Source: Antedon mediterranea (lineage: Eukaryota > Animalia > Echinodermata). From it: a stretch of 64,000 nucleotides of DNA. Made by a program: the position numbers and the translations under genes. The DNA lies in NCBI RefSeq assembly GCF_964355755.1, contig NC_092671.1, positions 33,056,304-33,120,303 on the forward strand, given 5' to 3'. This document shows positions 41,110-54,000 of this stretch, one piece after another; the stretch's first letter is position 1; each line of letters begins with the position of its first letter. The notes beneath the pieces were generated by a model. That model was not told where the DNA came from. It saw only the letters and a list, made by a program, of their open reading frames with translations, and did not search any database.

Positions 41110-41186
41110 TGTTACGCCCGGGCTCGAACCGGGGACCTTCTGCATGTTTGTTAAGTAAACGTGATAACCACTATGCCGAGAAGTCG
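41110..41186 (-). pseudogene. tRNA-Val pseudogene (tandem duplicate)
   Basis: Same body with a 4-nt duplication in the anticodon loop and a decayed 5' half; shares about 50 bp of 3' flank with the 40822 copy. Confidence 0.75.
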
Positions 41187-43514
41187 CATATAACAAACTC
41201 AAACTCCCTTGTGGGGTGGGGTTGTAATCTCACTTTATTAAATTCTATTTTCATATAATGACAGGTACAGTAATTAATAAAGTGGAATAGAAAGTATTAT
41301 GACTACAAAACTAAAACTTGAATCAAGAAAAAAAAACTGTAAATTTTTTTTTCTTAGAATTGGAACTGCACTTTCTCTATTGTCATAAAAATATGCCTAT
41401 AAATGTCTTTAAGAAACCAATAACATGCAAGCATAGTACTTACAACAAATACAGCCATGCTATTCACTTAGTTGCATATTCCAAAATAACGACTGAAGGA
41501 GAAAGACAAATGAACGGGCAAATAAGTTCCGGATCCAGGAAATGTGTTACTAAATTTAGACTATATTATTCCATCAGGTTTCAGAAAACATTATTTGTGG
41601 CAAAGTATTGTTAATTGAGGCGAAAGCATTTGCTATGCAAATATCCTTGTGAATGCAACATAATAACAATAGGTTTTATTCGTTAAAAGGGTTCATATGT
41701 TAAAGCTTCAATTCAAGACATGCAGTACTATAAATATGTCACACCCTATCACAAACAAAGCTTTTGTATGTTATTAAGCCATAAAGTATTATAAATACAA
41801 TAATAATCTCAACTTTGTCTAGCTACTCTCACTTGCACCATGGAGAAATCAGTGATTTCTCCATGCTTGCACCGATGCAGGGCTGGGGTTGCCTGAAAGC
41901 TCTGCTAATTTTTCTGGCTGCTTTTACTTTATCGTTTTGATTTAGCTTTTTGCTTATTTTATTCTATGTCTATCTCCCACAGCATTGTCATTTTTCAGTA
42001 ATAATTGCCCTAGATTAGATACAATAATCAACATTGAACTATTATTTTAACAAAGTCTAAAAATATAAACAATTTGTCATTAGTCCAAATAATATGCTCA
42101 ATCATTTCATAAACTTGGTATAATTGTTGTACCGTTAAAATAAAACCATTTTTATATCAAGTTGTCATTTTGGCAACCTGATGATATTTGACCAACAGAG
42201 AAATAGTTTAACAATAAACGACCCGCAAGAATGGACGAAGACAAGAAACATTTAGAGTTTCAAAAGTTTACAACCATTTGTTTGTATTATTTCATGCAAT
42301 TCAGTTTGTGCTAGTAGTTGAAAGGAATTAATTAATAAACTTGATAAATATAAAGTTTAATAGAAACATCCAACATACAGTCAAAACTCAATATGAGAAA
42401 TCAATACAATACTATACATGATACTGGGAAAAACCTAAGTTATACAAAACCTATTAATACATCAATCCATTGCGCTATAGATAAACAGAGCAGCATATAA
42501 AGATTTCTTTTGTTTTTTTCAAAGCCATACAATTACTGTATACCTGGAAGTATATTTCCGAAAATCCCCAAATGCTTTCATTGTGGAGTACTGTATTGTA
42601 CCTTACCCAGGTTAGTATTCTTATATTAGCATTGCAAGCAAGTTAATAAATAATCGGTACACTAACTAATGGAAAATGATGTATGTAATTTCCAACATTT
42701 TTTCTCTATTTAATACTAATAGAGGATGTAAAAAAATACCATAAAAACTCCACAATTAAAAAATCCCATTTCTAAAAAACCCCATTACTTTTAACAAATA
42801 TAATAGTTATTCACTTTGACCCAAAATTGGATAAAAAATAATTATTTAACTGAAAAAACTGTAATTTAAAGCATAAATATTACCAGCCAATGAGTTTTGG
42901 TTGATATTAACCGTTTGTTTTGTCTTTAAGTGCAAAACATTACTTTTTGGGGTGATTAACTTGATTAAAAAACTAAACAAATTGGCCTATTCAAAATTTC
43001 ATTAATCTTCATTTTTTATGTTTTGGGGTATAATACATCTTTAAATATATAAAAGGGTGTTAAAAAAAACCAAAATTTATAAAAAATATAAATCTATTAA
43101 CAATAGCCTCGTCTCACGATGGTACGGGTTGTTTCAGGCAATCTTTCTTTTTGATGAGTGTAATAATTTACTTCCTTGAAGAGTAAATGCTTTACAATAA
43201 TGGGAATTAAAAGCGAAATTATTACGAATGATTGATCAAAAGCAATTTATTGTCATGCTAAATATTACTACTGTATTAGGTTATTGAGTAAAATGTATCA
43301 ATATTTAGACTTTATGGAATCAGTACACATACAAAAAATGTAGGTGTAGTGGTATACTCTTGACACAAAACAAGCCCTGGACTACTGTAGGTAGCAAAAC
43401 AGACACTAAATTATTATAGGAATGGATATTAAATTTCTCCCATTCCTTTTAGCTCTAATTAATGATTCCCCAATCCCCTTAAATCAGTATATTACTGTGT
43501 AAATAAATACTTAC

Positions 43515-43628
43515 ATATGTAGTGTGTCCCACTGGTATTTGTATTTTGTCATGAATAGTCAACCCCACGTTGTACTGGCTGCAGACATTCTACGTACTTC
43601 CATCTGAACACTCCGAAATCATACATTC
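43515..43628 (-). CDS. Candidate upstream exon of the Ikaros-like gene (5'UTR with uORFs plus in-frame ATG at 43552, MTKYKYQWDTLH)
   Basis: Acceptor ttcttatag|GAATG, donor CATAT|gtaagt; the last ATG frame ends in phase 2, matching the phase-2 start of exon 22705. Confidence 0.5.
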
Positions 43629-44599
43629 CTATAAGAACAAGTGCAGATAATTTTCTCTTTCCTTTACAACCAATTTTCCACAAGGCGTGAAACAGGAAAA
43701 AGGTGACAGTTGATTGCACGCGAAATTTGACAAGCGAGATAAGTCACAGACTTCGTCCCGCAACATGTCCAAGTCATTCCCATTCTAAATTACATGTTAG
43801 ATTCAATTAAGAAACCGATAATGATCTTGGTAACAAAGGAAATCAAAGTACACGGCATCTAACGATCTTCACCATCTTTCCCCGGCAATCACGATCATCC
43901 TACAGTAATGTACTGTACGTATTCCAATAACAAAAATAATTTTGAGTGACTTTTGTGCAGGCTGTTAAAGCTATGGGCTTTGTTTTGCCAAAGGGGGTGA
44001 TAGTGATGTCACTAAAACAGGTAGAAATTGTAGGAACAATTGACAACTTCCTATTAAATATAATTTGACAATTACACTGTAATTGAATAATAAGATCGTT
44101 GCTGGTCTAGTCTTGGTAATTTGTTGAAATGAATTATGAAGTCCTCAAAGAAAAGCCGATCTTCAAGCTGTTCCCTTTCCTTCCATGACTGGTTACAGAA
44201 TAATTTGTGGTTCTAGTCATAACAAACAAGAATTTTATAATCTACATTTGATTTGAACCACATTTGTTTTTGTCGAAAATATCTTCTACACAACAAAATT
44301 AATTTAATCTAATTTTCCCTTGCTTTTTATAGATTAAATTAATGACTAGGAAATTACATTTGATGTCAGAGAGATAAGAATAAAAATTAGACAAGATGTA
44401 ACATTTATAAAAAAAATCCTACTAACCACATACTGTAGGAATAATATTACTGATAATGATATTATGTAGGTAAATGAGAAAAAATGTGAAGATTATGAGA
44501 AAGGTCACTATACATAAATAAACTTAATAAACATTTTAGAATAAAAAATATAATTTAAAATAAAATAAGACCTACTGTATAAAAACTTAATACTAAAGT

Positions 44600-45190
44600 G
44601 CAGCTTCCTTCAATAAGGGTTTCCCTTGAATAGAGAGGATAACCATCCAGTGTTTTTATATTACTTGGCCCCTTGGTTTACAGCTTCGTGTTCCCTAAAT
44701 TGAGTGTATCCTGAATAGGGTTGTACCCTGTATTTAGGTGTTCCCTGAATTGAGTGTTCCCTGAATATGGATGTCCTCTGAATTGGAAATTACCTGAATT
44801 GAGTGTATCCTGAACAGGGATGTCCCTTGAATTAGGTGTCCCCTGATTTAGTGTCCCCTGAATAGGAATTGAATGTCCCCTGTATAGGAGTGTACCCTGA
44901 ATTGAGTGTACCTTGAATTGAGTGTACCCTGAATAGGGGTGTACCCTGAATTGAATGTCTTTATATGGGTGTTTCTGAAATGGGTATTCCCTAAATTGAG
45001 TGTCAATGAATTTGGAATTCCCTGAATTAAGTGACTCCTGTATAGAGGTGTCTCTGAATTGAATGTCCCCTGAATAGGGGTGTCCCCTGAATTGAGTGTT
45101 CCCTGAATAGAGGTGTCCCTGAATTGAATGTCCTCTGTATAGGCGTGTCCCTGAATTGGGTGTTTCCTGAATTGAGTGTCCCCTGAATGT
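44600..45190. repeat. ~17-bp minisatellite (CCCTGAATTGAGTGT / CCCTGAATAGGGGTGT)
   Basis: Long degenerate tandem array related to the 13.8-14.1 kb array; produces repetitive spurious ORFs. Confidence 0.9.
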
Positions 45191-45703
45191 CTCAAAGAAT
45201 CGGTTCAAATATAAATTTATATTATTTTTATTCATTTATTATTTAATTTTTTATTAATTATAAATTCCCTCCCCAATGGAAATACAGTATGTTTCCTTTT
45301 TTTATAAAAATGGAAATACCATGTCATTCCCAATTTTTAAAATGTGTTAAACATGATTTTACAGTGTGATATCAAATTAAAAATGCATTTAATGGGAAAA
45401 CCACATTATTTTAGATCCTGAATGGGTGTTTTGTCTTTGATACTACAGTACAGTATGCACTGCACCACACAATACCTTTACTTAGCCTCTTCTGTCAGAA
45501 TTTGGATTAGTTGCCAAAAATTTGAGAAGAAAATTCTACGCCACAATGATTAAATTACAGTCAATTAATGTGCTGAAGGAACCCAGATCATTCTAGTCAT
45601 TCCCAGGAATGTGACACGGCACTTTCTATCATTCACAAAGTTCTCACACAAAAGTTAAATCAATACGATGAAAAAATACATTAATAAAACTAAATACTGA
45701 TTA

Positions 45704-45872
45704 CAATCAACTCTCCCAATACCGGACACCTTTGGGCTGGCCAAATAAGTATAGTATTTAGAATGTGTTTTTAATGGTAAAAATGAATTTGGGACTGTAT
45801 AGACTTCAAGAAAAGTCTGGTATTGGGAGAGTTTCAGGTTTTTAGAGAGTTCGGTATTGGGAGAATTGACTT
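45704..45872. mobile_element. Tc1/pogo MITE, inverted copy of 35172-35357
   Basis: TA|CAATCAACTCTCCCAATACCGGACACC ... GGTATTGGGAGAATTGAC. Confidence 0.8.
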
Positions 45873-48310
45873 TACATGGGCCTGTTGAAGCTTAGTTATT
45901 TAACCCTGTTATTTACCCAGGAAAGGGTGTGCCATACTCAGCCATGAAAACAACATGGCCAGGTATATAACTAAGCAGAGGCAGGCCCAATGACTCTAGT
46001 AGTACCATCCTCTAAATTTAGGCCATTTATAATACAATCCGAGTAAAATCCACTGTCCCCAAATTTGCATTCACAATATTGTATCCAGGATTAATCAATA
46101 CGTTAATGTAATGCAAATAAAACATTAAGGAACTCAAATTTTTAAATAATGGTTAAAAATACTATTGTTCCAGTATCAGTATACAGAAAACTAAAAAAGA
46201 AAATGAAATTAGAATTTTTTTTTCTATTGAAAAATGTTTAATTTAATAATTTATTGCACGAAACCACACACATTTTTTTAATTATTAAATGGTAAAAATG
46301 CTGTTGTTATGTTACTCAATATCAATTTGGTAAGTTTTTATAAGAGTAGAATTTATTAGAATTTTATTTCTATCAAAACATTTTCATTAGGATGAATTTA
46401 CACAATTTTGAAACACATCATTAAAACTTTCTTTGAAACCATGGATACTGAAAAGTCCACATGGATAGCTTTTATTTACAGTAACTGACTCACAAAAAGC
46501 TAACAAAGCCAAACAAAATCAATTAACGTTTCAAAAAGTGAAATTTGTAAAAATATTGATCTGTCAACGGAGTTCTCAATTTCATTTATTTCATTGATTA
46601 CTTTAAAGTATGTAAACCTAAAATGAAAAATAATTTATATACACAACTTTATAGTCCCCTAAACCTACAGATGTACTATACCTGGTCTTCTACTGTTTGG
46701 TTAAACCAAGGCAATTTAATGAAAGGATGCTTAGCTGTGGTTGCTACACGATCAGTTCTACGCCCCCTAAACGCTTTATTTTCAGAAACTGCACTGGAGA
46801 ATATAGTGAATAGTGCTATGGCCCCAACTAGCATGAATTTGTCGCAGCCAATCATAAGATAAAAGGACTGTTATGAGTATCTTGGTCAAGCTATCGAGTC
46901 CTGTTGTTAGATTGCCTAAGTGGTTAAACCAGCCAACCAAATTGGACGTCGTGTCAATATGTATACAATTCTTTATGGTAGACCAGTAGAGATACTGTAC
47001 GTACAATGCAATGTTTCAATTTATTATCAACAAATCTTTATTCGACAATGACTGAATGTTATTATTGGTTGCTGAAAAGCCAAAAACTTTGGCAAATCGC
47101 AGTCCCGGTTAGCAAAGCTACTCCCTACCTGTAGCAACAAATAACATCAAGTCATTGCCAGATGAAGATTTGTTGAAAACAAATCAAAATGTAGCATACA
47201 TACGTATCTATATTACTGATTTAACGTAAAGAATTGTATGTATGTAAATATATGATGAAAACATTTTTCAATGTCAATATGAGCACCAAATAGCCCAGTG
47301 TGCTGTTTTATTTATACAATTAATTTTAATCAATCAAATCTGAAATACACATGTTGAAGTTTGTGAATAACCAAAGGTACCACTGACCATACACAATTAT
47401 GCAACATTGCAAGAGCAGTATTTCTGTATGCCATCATTATTATTAAGTGAAAAAAAAAATGCAGCAAAAAGGTTTATTTACAGTATTTGCAGAATTCCTT
47501 TGATAAAACATTCTACACCAACTACAAAGTAAAAACACTTTTTGTCAGATATTCACCACTAAAGAAAAAATATGGTTGTTATGATTTTAAGTATTTAAAG
47601 AATAGGCCTACATCTTGAAAAGCAACAAGTTCCATACATAAATTACCCCAATATAATTATAGTGGGGCAGTCAGTTAAAAAATGTTCCCACCCACCCTAT
47701 TCTATTCATTTGTTATTAGACAGTAGTATATATCCATATAAACAATCATTCCATTGGTTTCCATTTCCTGAATTTTTCAAGGTCATATCAAATGTCATTT
47801 GTATATTTTAGGCCCTATGCCAATGTCTCCGTTAACGTCACGTAACGGGGAAGTCGCAACCGGTTGGCGCTATCATCCGTTATTTAGTGAGATTGGTACC
47901 CTGCCTAGCCTGGACTGTGTAGATTGACTACCGTAATCATCTCGAAATAATACAACTTACTAATGAAAATTAGATAGAATAGATAAATATACTATCTGTA
48001 ATTATATAGTTCGACATAAAGAAACATCTCATCAACAAATATTAGAAATTACCATCAAATACCAATAACCTATTTGGTACCTACCATTTTAATACCACAC
48101 AGCCATTTTCTTAACAACAAAAAATAGAATTGCCAGATTCAGAGATAATTGTAATTATCAGTAAATGGTCAATTTACCATAATTTAAGTTTAAAAACACG
48201 TGTTTAATTACGAAAAGTATATATATATTATAACTGAAAACAATACAACCTTATTAGTATATTTATTTTTGTTTTTAAATAATTCCAATTAATAAAAACA
48301 CGGATATTAC

Positions 48311-48420
48311 CTGGAAATTAATTATTGTAGAATGGCTGCGCGCTGTGTTTTTGTGTGTAAAATAATTCCAATGGAGTGGCTCTCCAAAGATAGATGACCT
48401 TGCATTGTTCGTAACTTGTT
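48311..48420 (-). other. Candidate non-coding first exon of the Ikaros-like gene (5' end approximate)
   Basis: Minus-strand donor CCAG|gtaata at 48311/48310, at the edge of the GC/CpG-richer promoter region. Confidence 0.35.
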
Positions 48421-49150
48421 CATTGTAATGTTAATGTTGTGCATGATGCTTTAATTACTGTTGGTGCTCATGACGTAGTATGGAAAATAAGTAGGCCTAG
48501 GCTACAGTGGCTAAACAGTATGCCGCTAGTAGGCTCCTTCTTGCTAGTAGGCCTAGGCCTAACTAATCTAGCTTGTTGGACGTCTTGCTTGTTGTAGATA
48601 TTGGTAGCCTGATTGAACTGAGGCCGGTCGCAGTAGTTAGCTCAATTAGCTGGTCGCGGCCTAGGCTAGCTAGGCCTAGTAAAGTATGGATATAGGTGGT
48701 GCACAGGTGCGTGCGCCTAGTACAGTATTAGGCTAGTTGGTCTAATCTAACACACCATAATAACAATTCCTACAGCTTAATTATTAGGCCTAAGTGTAGG
48801 CTAGCCTAGAGGCTAGGCCTAGGCCTAGAGTAGTACTAGGTTAGGCTAGTATTTAGTAGGGCTGTTTTCTGGATCTGGATGAATACTGACGAAGGACCAC
48901 ATGGGTATATGCGCCAGGGGGTGCGTCTCTCGGTGTGCATACATAGTTAGGAAAGTTAGGCCGGTCAAAATTAGTCAATTGTGTTTAGATAGCCTATGTT
49001 AGTCGTAGTAGGCCTATTATGTTAGCGAGTTTTTTTGTGGGCTGGTCCTGTGAATTCCTAATTAATTAATAAATAAAGGAAAGAGCTGGTACTGGTAGGG
49101 GTGGATTACACTTTAGGGCCAAATAATCAACCTAGAGTCTAGAGCCATGT
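48420..49150. promoter_or_regulatory. Putative bidirectional promoter region (Ikaros-like / PIGA)
   Basis: Local rise in GC and CpG, TGACGT at 48471, dense TAGGC(C)TA motifs; lies between the 5' ends of two divergent genes. Confidence 0.55.
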
Positions 49151-49301
49151 TTGTTTGTTTGGTTCAGTTTGTTAGGCCCGATGAATTGAAAATGGTCTGA
49201 TTTCTGTACAATGTTGGTGCAAAACAAAAGTTTTATCTGTCTGTACTGTAGTTAATTTCATTCATTTTTCTTAGCAACCCCTTTGTTTTATTTTACAGCA
49301 A

Positions 49302-49336
49302 ATGAAAGGAAAAATGGAAAAGCTCCATAATATCTG
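49302..49336 (+). CDS. PIGA: PIGA coding exon 1 ([12 protein letters not shown])
   Basis: Acceptor ttttacag|CAAATG at 49299, donor TCTG|gtaag; phase 2. Confidence 0.85.
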
Positions 49337-51025
49337 GTAAGAAAATCAGTGTTGAGAAAATCAGAAAGAATGGCTGATATTGATAAATAGCCACTAAATT
49401 CAAGTTAATTTGTTAATGTAAAAATCAACAGACTCTTATCTTTTTGTTAAAAAGGCCAGGTCTTACTTTATCAGGCCTCTCTTACATTAAATCCTAAAAT
49501 CTCGCACATTTGAGGCATGGCATCACAAAATCGGCATAGTGTCGGAAATAATATTTTTAAAGATTTTTATATATTTATAATCTATATTTAATAAGCTTTA
49601 AAATGAGGCGTTGTTTGTTAACATCGGTTTATTATAGGAAGAGTTATTAATGAAAACATATGATTCACTTTCTAGCTCTGGAAATCTTAATTTTGAGAAA
49701 ATCAATAAGTAGCGACGCCGATTAGCTTGGCCTGGCCTAGCCCGCCGATCAACGTGACAAGACTCTCTGTCAAAACTCGCTATTATCTCCTCAATAACGG
49801 CAAACTAGTCAAAGATATATCACTGTGTGGTACCCTACATAATATTATATTTTTTGTTATTTAAAAAAAATATATGGATAAAAATAACGATTAAATTCCT
49901 AAATATTCACAAAATGTTGAAAGATGATTCGAAAAACTACTGTGGAAACCATGCTGTTTAATCGTAAACAAAAGCGTCAGCCAATCAGAGAGTGTAATTT
50001 TTCTCTATAGCCAATCACAGTAAAGGATTCACACCTTAATAAGATTAGGTTGTTAGAAATTATGGTAGCTGATATATTTTCGAACAGATAGGTACCAAAC
50101 ATGACGTCATTCTAGTTAGCGGTTTGTTTACAAAAGCGCCGTAAAGAAAGTTGATTTTTTGTGAACAAAAGTACAATTTCAATAGATACAATAGATTTTC
50201 AATGGAAACAACTTTTAATTGCAAAATGCACATACTTATTTTTTCATGAACAAGAGTTTGATATGTTAAAGATACACTGTAAGTGTTTTTAGTATCGTTT
50301 TTTATTGAAATTTTAAAAATGGGTAGGTTAGGCCGTTTTTCACATTCTGAACTTCAAGGCTAAATATCTCAAAAGTTTGGGTTGCGACTCTGCCGCTTTT
50401 GTGATGCCAGGCCTCATTTCTTTAAAGATATATTTTCCCCCTGAAAAATGAATTGTCACCTTTTAATAATGTTTAATATACCATTGAAATGTGTTATAGT
50501 AATTATTCACTTTTTCAAAACATCAATAAATAATAATAAAAAAAATTGTACATTATATTTTTTGGCCCATATTTGGTACAATATTTCCAAAATAACATTA
50601 CATTTATACATTAAATTTATCAAATATGCTCCCATCAATATTCTCCATGTCTGAGTGGAATAAAAACCACATGAACATACCGAGTGGTTTAACTGTTAAC
50701 GATGTAAATAGGCGGCATCTGCTTTGATTGTGTGGAGTGACTTGTGTCTTGATTGTACATTGGCTTGGTTATGCCCTTGAATCCACGGCAGGTGGGGATG
50801 TGGTGCTTTTAAGAATAATTTATATTCCTTTTCCAACACCCATTTTTTGAATTTACATTAAAAGATCAATCACTTTTAAATAGGAAAATACAGTACTATT
50901 TTTATCACAAATATTATTTATTCTTTATACTGGGTAGCCTCTTCAGTCAAAGACTGTTCTCCCAGAGGCCAGTGTATAGTACTATAATGTGTTTGTGAAC
51001 TCCTCATAAAAAAGATATATACACT

Positions 51026-51059
<34 letters not shown>

Positions 51060-54000
51060 TCGTTCTACCACCAGAACCATGAAGTGAGTGAGCCTTGAAC
51101 CCTTGCCTATGTTATGGATACGTATTACGATTCCACTGTCTTAACTGCTTGACCACTTACCCGTTAAAGAAAATAGTTAACACGCTTATAAGTCATTAAA
51201 ATCAGCGAAATAATAGCATAACAAACAAGTTCAGGGTGCTGCTACACTTTCGCACCACTACTCTCAAACTCATCCACTTTAAAACCATTCACCTGCTGCG
51301 TGGCAGTAATGGTGAGGAACCGTGAAGTCTTACACCCAATTTTAGGTGCAAAAGTGCAGTAGCGCCAAAGTGCAGTAGCGCCAAAGTGCAGTAGCGCCAA
51401 AGTGCAGTAGCGCCAAAGTCCAGTAGCGCCAAAGTCCAGTAGCGCCAAAGTCCAGTAGCGCCTAAGTCCAGTAGCGCCAAAGTCCAGTAGCGCCAAAGTG
51501 CAGTAGCGCCAAAGTCCAGTAGCGCCAAAGTCCAGTAGCGCCAAAGTCCAGTAGCACCAAAGTCCAGTAACAACTTATTTCATGATGCTCGTTTTAGTTT
51601 CCGTTGTCAAAAAAAAAAGATATTTTTATTTTATAAAACATCTGATATGCAAGAGAGAATTTGATCGGTTGTAGGTCAAAATCGTTGATGCATGACTTAT
51701 CGTAATTGTCGTTCAATAATCTTATACCTTGAGCTGTAACGAACGAAAGATCAGTGTCGTAAGAGGTGGCTTCCACTAATCTTTTCCTGGTTAGACCTGA
51801 CCATGGAGTTGTAAGCCGTGTATGATATGAAAGCTTAACTCTGTAGGTCTGAACAGGCCCTTATTTGAGGTTTACTGTTGGGAGTGAAGTTGAAAGAAAC
51901 GTGAGTTATAACACAATACAAGGTCAGTATTGAACTGTTCCACTACAAATAAAATGCTAAGGTACAATGAAAATTTAAATTTCTAGACTACAACCCCCTT
52001 TTTAACAATGTGATTTATGAGTATTCAGGCAGGCCCAAACCCAGAAGTCCGTATTAAAAATGATCAAGTATTTTTCTGGTTTGTTTTGATTTACCTCACA
52101 GTAATAAAACATTGATATTTTAAGATGAAAATGACATCAATAATAGAAATAAATCAAGATATATTAAGTCACGATAAATTATACTTACTCGACATGTCAT
52201 TAGTTGTTAGTATTTAAAGTCATAAAAATAAAAACTGATTTTTATCCCCTTTACTGTATGGTTTTGAGCTAGCACTTAATAGAAGGGCTTACTTCAATCG
52301 CGTTGGACTTTACCATTGAAAAATAATAGGATCTATTATTACAAAGTAAAAGTCATAAAGAGAATAAATTTTACTTTTAAGAACAATTTGTTTCCATCAC
52401 TGTTAAAATTATTGAATAAGTTTTTAAGTTTGGAACATGTTGCAGATAGTCAACAAACTTTAAACAAAAATAAAGTCAAATGGACCTACAAACAATTAGA
52501 ATATTTTTATTATGTAATTATGCCCGTGTGGTGTAACATGGCCCACTGATGACTTTATATATATATATTTTTTTCGAAACATTGTTCGTGATCTTGTTTA
52601 ATACTGTAGTCAACAAAATCAAACGATTTGTATCCTATTTTAATTCGTTTTAATAAGAAACAGGTGTGATGCGGGAATCAAATTATCTGCGATAAAAGAA
52701 TACTTCTTTTTACTCACTAATCCTAGTATAAAAACTTTTTGCGAAATCATGCTCGCATTCGGAGATGATTTGACATCTTGTAAGACACGTTTTGTCTCAA
52801 ATCCGTTTTTTGCATATAAATTCCGATCTTGTGTTGTTGGTCCTTGTTTCCGACTTGATTCATTTCCACGTTAACTGTTGCATCATTGTTTCTTGTCGTT
52901 TGTCACCGTGCCAAAGTGTACTTTTCACCGTCGAGGCTTTTTCAATTTCTTGCTCATAAAGAACACATCAAGTTTCACTGATTAGCTGTTCGTCACAACT
53001 AATTTTCTGTTAAATTCCCATAAACAGGCTAGTTTCCTATCAATCATTTCAAAACTGAAGATCATATCATAAATGATAGGATATCTTTATGAGGGGTATT
53101 ACAAATTGTAACAGTAAGAATACAGAGGCACCAAAAAGTTAAGCAAGGTATGCCGGTAGGTGGCTTAGGAACTAGTCACTTCCCCCACCCCCTCCCAATT
53201 TTTTCAAAATTATAATGCAAATTAAGTTAATTACTTAATTTTTAGGCCCTGAGCCAGTCTATTTAAAAATCCTGGATTCCCAGAGGAAGAAAGCACACAA
53301 GAGTATACAATTTGTCAATTCTCAGTGACGTTCCATAAATAAATCTAACCATACATAACTCAAATTGTAAAACGATTTGTAAAAAGTTGTTTAACTTTAT
53401 TCAAATGCTTTAGTAAATATAGATAGATAGGTAGATAGATAGGTAGATATAGAGCAACCGCCTCACACAAACCCCATACCCTTATTGTATTTATTTCTTG
53501 GGATATTGAACCTTGACAAAGACAAGACATCCAAGAAGTTTTCATGGCCTTTTCAAAATGATTCATTTTGTTAACATTGATGAGTTTATTTATATCAGGA
53601 TGTTTTAATTAATTACTAACAACCTTTCCCTTTTACTTAATTGCAATTAATGCAAATCAAAATTTTGATCCAGACTAATTTTGAATTTATTTTACATTAC
53701 TGTATATATGAATAATTATATGAAAGTTATATAATCCCATGGTCTAGTATGTACCTACAGTAATATTTTGTACCCAGGGACTATATACGGTTACTTGTGG
53801 TTTATGAAGACTCTTTTCATTTCAATATCTTTTATTCCATTTAGGATATGATCCTGATATATAAGGCCCAGTTGCGTTCTGAATGGGTGACCGTCTGGGA
53901 ATAGCGGCGGGTGCTGTATATACACCAGAGAGTGATGTGGTGTAGTGATAATATTTTACTAGCATGTGATAGGCATGGTTCGAGCATATCGGTACCATAC

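Noticed and set aside
44678-45235. 185-aa and 115-aa repetitive ORFs
   Set aside because: Translations of a 17-bp minisatellite; no splice context or domain
51242-51573. [12 protein letters not shown] repeat ORFs
   Set aside because: Translations of a 15-bp tandem array
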